From assembly GCA_964452565.1 (NCBI GenBank), contig CAYVLY010000002.1, positions 22,661 through 86,660 of the forward strand: a DNA stretch of 64,000 nt. Reading direction: 5' to 3'. Below are positions 39,070 through 46,825 of the stretch, one piece after another; the stretch's first letter is position 1, and each line of letters begins with the position of its first letter. The notes beneath the pieces were generated by a model. That model searched no databases. It was not told where the DNA came from and saw only the letters and a program-made list of their open reading frames with translations. The stretch comes from an uncultured Gammaproteobacteria bacterium (GTDB lineage: Bacteria; Patescibacteriota; Patescibacteriia; UBA9934). A program made the position numbers and the translations under genes.

Positions 39070-41742
39070 TTACATTTCTCTACGTGCAAGATCCATCTGT
39101 CTTGCCATATTATTTAATTCACGGTTGGTCACTGTACGATCGGCTGCGGGTCTATTTCCTTCTGCCGCTACTGCAGAACGCATTTGATCAACAATATTTC
39201 GCACATTGTCTCTATCAGCATCGGTTTGCGCCGCATTGTACTGCTGTAGCAGTCTATCAACATCTTGACGACTGTATGATTCAGTAACTGCCCTGGTCAC
39301 ATCATTACCTGCCCCTGCATTAACTGCATTTTGAATATGATTTTGGAAATTGACAATAACATCTGGGTTACCTCGTGATGCCTCACGCAATGTTGCCGTA
39401 GCATTGGCATCCATTGAACCATCCGCAGCCACTTGTATTACATCTGTTGCAGCTTCTCCAGACCTTAGACGTGCTGTGTCATACATACGCCTATCATTTA
39501 CGCTGGCTGCAGCGGTACTAAGATCTCGCAATGCAGCCTGAATGTTAGCCTGAGCCGCAGCGTCAATGCCTTCCATATTATGTCCGCCACGTGCAAGCCC
39601 ATTAGCAACTTCTTGCGCACGTGCAGGGTCTGCAACATGATCTGCAGTAATATTCCCAGCATCAACCACACCAGCTCGCACTGCCTCAGCGATTTGATCA
39701 GCAGATGCCTGATCCAGGTTTACATCACCAGTAAATCCAGTAAGTGCCGCGTTCTTAACTTCATCTTTAACACCACGACCAGCCTTAAGCTGATCAAGCA
39801 TGTTCTCCGTGCGCTGCGATCCATCCGGGGCAGTCCATGAACGAACTGTTTTATTCTCAAGCGCCTGTCGAATTTCTGGATCTGCAATATCATCTGCTGA
39901 GAGTTGATTCACCTTAAAGTCGCTATCGGAGACAATATCGTTGAGCTCTTTCTGAGTATCAAAATTGGGATCTGCTGCGACCTTACCATCAATCCATTCA
40001 CGCAAGTTTCCAGCCTTTGTCTTCTTGAAATCCTTTTTCTGCTTGTCATCCGTGAGCAACTCATTTTTGTTCTTGTCAACATGCTGCATAGAAGCTCGCA
40101 TGAATTGCTTGTATGCATCTGGATCCATGTCCTTCTTGAGTTTCTTTCTAAAAGTAGAATCTGTTGTAGCGTCAAGCATAAGAGCTTCTTGCCTTCTTTG
40201 CTCCGATAGAGTCATTGCTTGAGGTTTTCCAGTTCTTGGATCAACCTGCACAGAACCAGCTCTTGCTACACGCTCCTCTATTGTCATTCCCTGAACCTCC
40301 TCACGTGCCTTTTCGCGACCTGCAATATCTGGAGCTGCAGCACCACGTCTCACAGCGCCTGCTGCTCCCATAACACGCGTTCCAACAGCACGGCCAATAA
40401 AGCCACCCCTTTCCGCCATTGCCTGTCCAGCACCCATTAAACCTTTGCTAAGCTTCTGACCAACTCCGAACCTTCCCTCGATCTGTCTTCCAGCCTGCTT
40501 TCCGGTCCATCTAGCTCCTCGATATGCAGTAGAGGCCGGTAGAGTAAGTGCACTTTTTACCATCTTCTTTCCAACGTCTTCGGTTACAAGCTTTCCTGCA
40601 ATATTTCCAAGTTGCTGCGCTGCAGAGCTGGCAACTTTAAATCCAGTCATGATGAGAATCAGGGCGATACCCAAACTTACAAGCTTTTCTGATAGGAAAA
40701 TCTCAGCTAATAGCGTAGGGATATCCTCAGTTCCTTCAAAGTCCAATCCCTCAGATACGGCAATTGGACCTGCTGAGGCCGCTGCCAGACCAAGCCATAG
40801 GAAAAAGGTTAGAATCGGGCCAAGTGTCAAAGCTGCTGTAAACATGTTCCACCACTCCTTATAGCGACCGCCAGCTTCACCAAACAATTGTGTAATACCT
40901 CCCAAGAAAAATGCAATTGGTGACAGGATCACTAGCACCCAGAGAACAATGATTCGATATAAATAAACAACTGCCAATATGATAAGTACTCCTAGGACAA
41001 CCAAGAGCAGCGACAAAACAACAAAGAATTCCGCAAACATTGTATAGAGTTCAACCCCTGTTTGACCTAGAGCTGTTTGGGTGTCCCCCATCACTACAAA
41101 ATCATTGAGCTGGAACAAGCTCATAAAGTTACCGGCAGCTATATCACGCAAAGCATTCACAAAAGTGAACATGATTACCTGCGAAACATCGATCATGATA
41201 AGACAAATCGTTCGACTAAAGTTTACAAGAACAACAGCTGTGAAGAATCGGGGTAGTTGAGCTTCCCACTGGGCCTTTGAGTATCCAATGATTGTCTGCA
41301 GTGCGATAACCAATAGCACAACAATTACAAACATGTTTACAACATCTCTAACTAGCGGCCATCCAATGTCAATTATTGCGCTGTCACCAAAGTTGTTATA
41401 ACCAAGAATCGGGATGATTAATGCACCTAAGACCATTACAATCAGTTTTCCAACGACTGAGAGTAAAACAGCTAGCATTTGGGCTAGTAGTCCAAGAACA
41501 GCCTCAAACAGTGTTGATAGTGAGCTGGAGAGTATATCATCCAGATCTGACGCAAAGGCCACGCTTGGCAGTGATGCCAAAACTACGAAAATAAACGCAA
41601 AAAATACAATGCCCGATCTGTGTATTGTTACCCATTTACACAGTTGCAATGCACCCAATTTTATTTTTTCCATACTGTGAGTATTATAGCACGGCAGAGT
41701 CGTTTTTTTGAGTGTACTTTGTTGGTTTGAGGATAAAAACAT
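39070..41742 (-). CDS. VirB6/TrbL-like polytopic membrane protein with long hydrophilic C-terminal extension
   Basis: Signal/TM at N-terminus (start may be internal Met), ~8 hydrophobic helices over first 380 aa, then 500-aa Ala/Asp/Arg-rich domain. Confidence 0.5.
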   Translation of the reverse strand: MFLSSNQQSTLKKTTLPCYNTHSMEKIKLGALQLCKWVTIHRSGIVFFAFIFVVLASLPSVAFASDLDDILSSSLSTLFEAVLGLLAQMLAVLLSVVGKLIVMVLGALIIPILGYNNFGDSAIIDIGWPLVRDVVNMFVIVVLLVIALQTIIGYSKAQWEAQLPRFFTAVVLVNFSRTICLIMIDVSQVIMFTFVNALRDIAAGNFMSLFQLNDFVVMGDTQTALGQTGVELYTMFAEFFVVLSLLLVVLGVLIILAVVYLYRIIVLWVLVILSPIAFFLGGITQLFGEAGGRYKEWWNMFTAALTLGPILTFFLWLGLAAASAGPIAVSEGLDFEGTEDIPTLLAEIFLSEKLVSLGIALILIMTGFKVASSAAQQLGNIAGKLVTEDVGKKMVKSALTLPASTAYRGARWTGKQAGRQIEGRFGVGQKLSKGLMGAGQAMAERGGFIGRAVGTRVMGAAGAVRRGAAAPDIAGREKAREEVQGMTIEERVARAGSVQVDPRTGKPQAMTLSEQRRQEALMLDATTDSTFRKKLKKDMDPDAYKQFMRASMQHVDKNKNELLTDDKQKKDFKKTKAGNLREWIDGKVAADPNFDTQKELNDIVSDSDFKVNQLSADDIADPEIRQALENKTVRSWTAPDGSQRTENMLDQLKAGRGVKDEVKNAALTGFTGDVNLDQASADQIAEAVRAGVVDAGNITADHVADPARAQEVANGLARGGHNMEGIDAAAQANIQAALRDLSTAAASVNDRRMYDTARLRSGEAATDVIQVAADGSMDANATATLREASRGNPDVIVNFQNHIQNAVNAGAGNDVTRAVTESYSRQDVDRLLQQYNAAQTDADRDNVRNIVDQMRSAVAAEGNRPAADRTVTNRELNNMARQMDLARREM

Positions 41743-41751
41743 CTGCTAACT

Positions 41752-41779
41752 GGGTCTGACCCTAGTTGGGTCTGACCCC
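41752..41779. repeat. REP-like units gggtctgaccc x2 flanking RAYT
   Basis: same 11-12-mer recurs at 42358-42369 on other side of transposase. Confidence 0.45.
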
Positions 41780-41791
41780 CTGCATTAAAGC

Positions 41792-42340
41792 CTATAAACC
41801 ACCTAAAACAAAATCTCGATATTTTCCTACAGCAACTTTGTGATTGTACGAGAATAGCCTCAAAATATCCCCTATATCTAACCAATCATTAGGTCTGCAA
41901 TAATCTGCAGTGCTTCTGTAACTACTCCACTGCCAGGCCGCGGGATGACTCACAATACCAGCTCGCACGGGATTTAAAACAATATACCTAATAGCTTCCA
42001 GAAAATATTCGTCATTAGCAATAAGTGAAGAGTGGAAACGACCCTGAAAAACATGACCTTTGCAATTTATTTTCTTACTATACAATCGACCAAACTGACC
42101 ATTTATATACTGAATGCTACTCGATATATTGGCTCTTGGAGTTTCTATTAAGGCATGGTAATGGTTGGGCATAATGCAATATGCATACACTCTAATCGCA
42201 TATTTACGAACAGCTTTGTTTAACAGCCCAAGTAGGTCTTTCTTATTTTGGTCGGATCGAAAAATGGACCTCTTCCAATTGCCCCGTGCGCTTATGTGAT
42301 ACATTGCGTGCTTAAATTGTATCCTCGAAGGTCTTGGCAT
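41792..42340 (-). CDS. REP-associated tyrosine transposase (IS200/IS605 TnpA-like, HuH Y1); start at internal Met, listed ORF extends to 42577
   Basis: YHISARGNWKRSIF..., HuH motif YAYCIMPNHYHALIE, catalytic Tyr region WQWSSY. Confidence 0.75.
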   Translation of the reverse strand: MPRPSRIQFKHAMYHISARGNWKRSIFRSDQNKKDLLGLLNKAVRKYAIRVYAYCIMPNHYHALIETPRANISSSIQYINGQFGRLYSKKINCKGHVFQGRFHSSLIANDEYFLEAIRYIVLNPVRAGIVSHPAAWQWSSYRSTADYCRPNDWLDIGDILRLFSYNHKVAVGKYRDFVLGGL

Positions 42341-42357
42341 ATATCTTTCTTTATTTT

Positions 42358-42369
42358 GGGTCTGACCCC
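42358..42369. repeat. REP-like unit gggtctgacccc within 7-bp-stem hairpin ttttggg..cccaaaa
   Basis: direct repeat of units at 41752-41779. Confidence 0.4.
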
Positions 42370-42426
42370 AAAATATTAGGCATTGATGCGGGCCGTGAGA
42401 CGGCCCGCTACGTACTCGAATACAAG

Positions 42427-44331
42427 TTATTCGAGGGTTCGGCAATCTGAGCTTGAAAGTGTATACACTTCCCCATCCTCTACCTCGAAGCACAGTGCAT
42501 ACGAACCATCTGTGTTTTCGTGACACAGGTCCGAAGTACTTGAGCTCGAAGCACAGTAATGGTTGTAGATCGCCCACTCAGATGAGGTGCGCATGGTCAT
42601 TCGATACCAGCCGTCGTAAAGCCCGTACCAAGCCATGTCTGTTTCGCTGTCATATTCTGCGAGGTCTGCGCTGCTGTATCCCCAGCCGGAATCGACACCA
42701 ACGCCGGTTGCTGCGACGTCATTGCCGTTGACGGATGAACTGAAGGTCTCACTGACCTGCAGGCCAATCCAAGGACCATCAATGCGAACCCATGATAGGC
42801 CCTCGCCAAGATTATCAGCAAGATAATCGCTGGGATCATCCTGCTCTCTCCCATCATCTGAAGGATCATCTTGCACGTCAGGCTCTCCAGTGTCAGGATC
42901 GTCCTGATGATCATCTGGCTCATCCAATGGATCACCAGTATCATCGGGTTCGTCGTCCTGTCGTTCATTGCTGTAGTCGCCTGTGTCCTCCGGCTCATAG
43001 TCCTCAGGTTCATCGTCGTAGTCATCCGTATCTTCCCATTCACCAGTGTCACCACTGCCGTCCCACGATTCTCCGCCGCAGTAGAGTAGATCGTCATAGG
43101 TAATGCACCCGAGTGAGCGATCACAGTCCCCGACTGACCCTTGGATATCACGGACTGCGCCATCATCGAGTAGGATGACTTCGCGGGCCCAAAACCCAAG
43201 CGCCAAGTAGGTGTCCCAATCAAAAATTGGGTATGCAGCTCCCTGCATGATGACGTATACGTCTGAGGTTGAGGTCTCTGTGACGAGCGTGCCCGCGCGC
43301 AATGTGGCTGTTTCGACACTCTCGTAGTAGTAGTCGAAGAGCTCAGTGTTGGTTGAGAGGTCGTCGTATGTTGAGGCGCTGATGCCCCAGCTTTTGAGTA
43401 TGGCCTGCCAGTGATCAGACGGTACGCGGTAGCGCAAGTAGTCCTCTCCATCCTGTGCGCCAACAAGTAGCCACACTACCCCCTCATCATAGACAGCCGT
43501 GATCTGAGTCTCATCGCTGAAGTTGGCGCCAGTCATGTAGCATGCGAGCTCTGTCTCGTCGACATATGCCACCTGTGAAAAATCCCAGTTGTAACTCCAG
43601 AATACACCCTCATCCTCAATGAGATGCTTGTAGCCATCATTGAGCATGTACACGTCAGGTGAATTCGGCGTCATGACCAGGGTTCCATCTGGATGCCAGA
43701 CAGGTGTTTCCATCCGAGATGAGTAGAGGTGTCCGCCCGACAGGTCACAGACGAACTCAGAGGTGAGATATGCGTCATAGTTGCCGGTGTTGGCATCATA
43801 GGCCTCGATCATCAGACCTTCGATCGACGTACCCTGAAGGCCATCATCTGAGGCGTATCCACTATGGCGACCGATGTGAAGATGGTCGCCAGATGAATCG
43901 CCTGTGGTGCCCTCGATGGCAATGAGCTGACCCTGCGCTACTTCCTCGCCGCTCTGGATCAGTACGTCATCAAGGTGCGCCAGGATGATGTAGGTGCCAT
44001 CTGACATATCGATGTTTACGTGGATACCAAATCCACTTGATTCATCGCTGTGCACATAGGCGGTGCCGCTGATAGGCGCGTAGATGTAGTCATCGCTGTC
44101 ATTAGGTGTATCCAAATCCAGATCGTAGCGTGTTGAGGTGTAGGTGTGCGAGTATTCGCCGTCTGCGCCTTGCGTACACAGCGAGGTGTAGCCATAGGCG
44201 AAAGGCATCTGAATGGTCACAACATCCTGACCACCTCCACCAAAGCCCTCGCAGCCATGTGCCAGCGCGAAGGTCATGAATGTGATGAAAACGATGAGAA
44301 ACGAGTAAAGGGCGTGACGAAAGTTGAACAT
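42427..44331 (-). CDS. secreted M23 (LytM/lysostaphin-type) metallopeptidase with acidic low-complexity C-terminal region; start at Met 44331
   Basis: Signal peptide MFNFRHALYSFLIVFITFMTFALA; M23 motifs YAPISGTAYVH, GFGIHVNID, ILAHLD, GDHLHIGRH; GC content visibly higher than backbone. Confidence 0.75.
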   Translation of the reverse strand: MFNFRHALYSFLIVFITFMTFALAHGCEGFGGGGQDVVTIQMPFAYGYTSLCTQGADGEYSHTYTSTRYDLDLDTPNDSDDYIYAPISGTAYVHSDESSGFGIHVNIDMSDGTYIILAHLDDVLIQSGEEVAQGQLIAIEGTTGDSSGDHLHIGRHSGYASDDGLQGTSIEGLMIEAYDANTGNYDAYLTSEFVCDLSGGHLYSSRMETPVWHPDGTLVMTPNSPDVYMLNDGYKHLIEDEGVFWSYNWDFSQVAYVDETELACYMTGANFSDETQITAVYDEGVVWLLVGAQDGEDYLRYRVPSDHWQAILKSWGISASTYDDLSTNTELFDYYYESVETATLRAGTLVTETSTSDVYVIMQGAAYPIFDWDTYLALGFWAREVILLDDGAVRDIQGSVGDCDRSLGCITYDDLLYCGGESWDGSGDTGEWEDTDDYDDEPEDYEPEDTGDYSNERQDDEPDDTGDPLDEPDDHQDDPDTGEPDVQDDPSDDGREQDDPSDYLADNLGEGLSWVRIDGPWIGLQVSETFSSSVNGNDVAATGVGVDSGWGYSSADLAEYDSETDMAWYGLYDGWYRMTMRTSSEWAIYNHYCASSSSTSDLCHENTDGSYALCFEVEDGEVYTLSSSDCRTLE

Positions 44332-44411
44332 GGTAACCTCACGTTCTAAGGGATTGTGAGGCGGTGATCCATTATTGGTTGACCGTCTCTGCCTACATAG
44401 GAGTACGTTAT

Positions 44412-44572
44412 GGGACTGTTTCCGAATACTCTTTTGAGAATAAATCTCAGAAATTCGAGCGGATTTCTTCAAAGATTTTTGAAGGAATGCCGGGGCATTA
44501 TTGAAAAAATATTTGAAGAAATATGCCGGATTTATGAGGTTTAGGCCAAAAACGGTATTTGGAAACAGTCCC
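44412..44572. repeat. 17-bp inverted repeat pair (gggactgtttccgaata / tatttggaaacagtccc) enclosing ~127 bp upstream of M23 peptidase gene
   Basis: 16/17 complementary arms at 44412-44428 and 44556-44572. Confidence 0.3.
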
Positions 44573-45017
44573 ACTGTAGACAGAGACGCTCTTTAGTTCG
44601 CAGGCGCTTGAGGACGCGAGTTTCACGCGCCCGCTCACTAAAGAAAATAGAAGTTGTACGGACATGTGTGCTTCCCACTCCCCTAAAGAAACACATTTTG
44701 AAACGTATCGGGCCACAGCATCGTTTGCCAATGCGCAAAGTTCTCTCCTCTTAATACACATTAGGTTACGGGTGGTGCAGTCGCAATACGTTAATCAAAC
44801 CTGGCTCGAGATTTGGTTTGATCGGGTGCTGTGCAGAATGCAAAGCTGCGAACGTTCTATATCTATTGCACTCGAGATCGCGGTGGCTCGCAATAGGCAA
44901 AATGGGTGAAAATGGCAAAAAAGGTGTTGAAGGGCTTCAACACCTTTTTGATTCGCGCCGAGCCTTAGCTCGAAATCCTGTCTAACGCCCTTTGACACCC
45001 AATGGGGATAAGTCAAA

Positions 45018-45691
45018 CTACCAACGTTACACGTTGGTAGTTTTTGAAACAATGTGTTGTAATATAAAAACACTCCCTACTAATTATTAGCTGGGAGTTT
45101 ATGCGTCCATATACTTTTCTCACAGGAGACTACTACCATATATACAATCGGGGTGTCGATAAACGAGATATATTCTTAGATCAATATGACTATCTTAGAT
45201 TTATGAAATCTCTTTATACTATCAATAACAAAGTTCACAAACCCGGCAATTCGATTTCCAAGTATTCATCAAAGCTACTTCTCAAAAATGACCTTTTTGC
45301 ATCTGTGCACTGCTTCTGTCTAATGCCAAATCATTATCACCTGCTCGTCGAGCAAGTTAATGATAATGGAATTACTAAATTGATGAATAGACTTGGCAAT
45401 AGTTACACAAAATACTTTAACGAAAAATATAAACGTAAGGGTAGATTGTTCTCGAGCAGCTTTCAGTCAGTATCGGTTAAAAGCACGGAGCAGCTCATCC
45501 ACCTTTCAAGATATATTCACAACAACCCAAAAAAGATAAATGAGCGTATCAGCTCATATACCTGGTCAAGCCTTAGGGCATATCTCAACGACAAGATCTA
45601 TCCCTTTATATCGACGAACAAAATAATGAGTCACTTCATAAGTAAAGACGATTACTTGCAATACATAACTACCAACGTTTAACGTTGGTAG
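45018..45691 (+). mobile_element. IS200/IS605-family-like insertion element (left hairpin, tnpA, right hairpin)
   Basis: ctaccaacgttacacgttggtag at 45018-45040 and ctaccaacgtttaacgttggtag at 45669-45691 bracket a HuH transposase gene. Confidence 0.6.
45101..45682 (+). CDS. tnpA: IS200/IS605 family Y1 (HuH) transposase
   Basis: YHIYNRGVDKRDIF, HuH motif CLMPNHYHLLVE, Tyr region TWSSLRAY. Confidence 0.8.
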   Translation: MRPYTFLTGDYYHIYNRGVDKRDIFLDQYDYLRFMKSLYTINNKVHKPGNSISKYSSKLLLKNDLFASVHCFCLMPNHYHLLVEQVNDNGITKLMNRLGNSYTKYFNEKYKRKGRLFSSSFQSVSVKSTEQLIHLSRYIHNNPKKINERISSYTWSSLRAYLNDKIYPFISTNKIMSHFISKDDYLQYITTNV

Positions 45692-45853
45692 TTGGTCAAG
45701 CATAGGAGGGGGTTAGTTGTCAACATGTTTTGCAGTGTTTTATCCACAGCTTGTGTGTATGCGAAATCCGCCGGATGGCGGATTTTTGGCGAAAGTTGCG
45801 GAAATATCGAAGCTCGGGCTCGAGTTTGACTTTTTTAAAAAAAACTTGACAGA

Positions 45854-45882
45854 TTGACAAAAGCCCTAAAATGGGCTATAGT
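45854..45882 (+). promoter_or_regulatory. sigma70-type promoter TTGACA-17-TATAGT upstream of GC-rich lipoprotein gene
   Basis: -35 45854-45859, -10 45877-45882; AGGAGG RBS at 45979-45984. Confidence 0.4.
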
Positions 45883-45989
45883 TAGGACAGTTAGTCCCTT
45901 CTGAAGTTCCTGTGCAGGTCACATTCTGTGAGCCCGCACCGCAGCCGCGCTACTTCAGGCGCACCACCCCCTGCCCCTAAGGAGGCAAC

Positions 45990-46670
45990 ATGTTCCGCAC
46001 CTACGCGTTCATGCTCATCGCTCTCCTCGCGGCCCTGGTGGGCTGCGAGAACACCAACCCCGACACCGGCGACACGCCCGACGACACCAACATCCCGGTC
46101 GAGGTCGTGACCATCACCGTGCAGGCCACGCTCGACGGCATCGAGGTCGAAAAGCAGCCTGTCTCGCTGGTCGACACCGCAGACGAGAGCCTGGCCGATG
46201 GCATCACCGGCGAGCCCATCTCCGTCGAGCTGCGCGGCACCGCCCAAGTCAAGGTCGGCCCCACCGATGCCTACGTCACCGCCGACGGCTACCGCATCCA
46301 CGAAATCGGCGACGCCGAGTACGTGCACCGCGCTGCCTACGTCGACACCGACACCTCGGAGGACCCGGTCACGGTGAGCCTGAACCGCTACGTCTACGGC
46401 GAGGACGTCGAGTGCGACGTGTACCGCGATGGCGCCTACATGACGACCTTCGACGAGGGCACCATCGAGACCCAGGACGGCTACAAGCTGGCCTTCCCCG
46501 AGATGACGGGCGACGGAAGCTGGTTCGAGTTCGACGGCAACAGCGTCGAGTTCGTAGGCGACCTGCCGGACGACGGCTTCTACCTGATCGACTTCGAGGT
46601 CCAGGACTCCGCGATCGTCTTCAGCTACGGCTCAGAGATGTACACGAACGAGATCACCTGCCACCTCTAG
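45990..46670 (+). CDS. putative lipoprotein in very high-GC island (~63 % GC)
   Basis: Signal + lipobox LAALVGC; codon third positions almost all G/C unlike rest of window; overlapping ORFs in other frames are GC artefacts. Confidence 0.55.
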   Translation: MFRTYAFMLIALLAALVGCENTNPDTGDTPDDTNIPVEVVTITVQATLDGIEVEKQPVSLVDTADESLADGITGEPISVELRGTAQVKVGPTDAYVTADGYRIHEIGDAEYVHRAAYVDTDTSEDPVTVSLNRYVYGEDVECDVYRDGAYMTTFDEGTIETQDGYKLAFPEMTGDGSWFEFDGNSVEFVGDLPDDGFYLIDFEVQDSAIVFSYGSEMYTNEITCHL

Positions 46671-46733
46671 CCGACACGTCGGGACCCTTCTACGGCCCAC
46701 CCATCCTCTCGGATGCGGTGGGCTCTCTGCTTT

Positions 46734-46770
46734 AAAAGAACCCTCACAAGGAGGGTTCTTTCTTTTTTTA
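46734..46770. terminator. bidirectional terminator (gaaccctcacaaggagggttc + T9) shared by lipoprotein gene and giant gene
   Basis: 8-bp stem followed by tttcttttttta. Confidence 0.55.
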
Positions 46771-46800
46771 TTCGAACAGATCCTTCGACTCGCCCTTTAG

Positions 46801-46819
46801 GCTCGCTCAGGATGACACA
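46801..46819. repeat. copy C of short dispersed repeat (gctcgctcaggatgacaca)
   Basis: see 3203-3225. Confidence 0.4.
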
Positions 46820-46825
46820 ATCTTC

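Noticed and set aside
42341-42577. N-terminal 79-aa extension of the RAYT transposase ORF and 81-aa extension of the M23 peptidase ORF (44332-44574)
   Set aside because: Extensions run through REP and inverted-repeat DNA and precede clear functional starts (the Met before YHISARG, and the signal-peptide Met).
42597-43466. 289-aa ORF plus several 60-100-aa ORFs on both strands inside the M23 peptidase gene
   Set aside because: Alternative frames of a GC-enriched gene whose main frame carries signal peptide and complete M23 motifs.
45891-46735. ORFs 45891..46328(-), 46001..46264(-), 46412..46735(+) overlapping the GC-rich lipoprotein gene
   Set aside because: High-GC sequence generates long open frames on all strands. 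Only the 45990..46670 frame has a signal peptide and lipobox, a promoter and an RBS.
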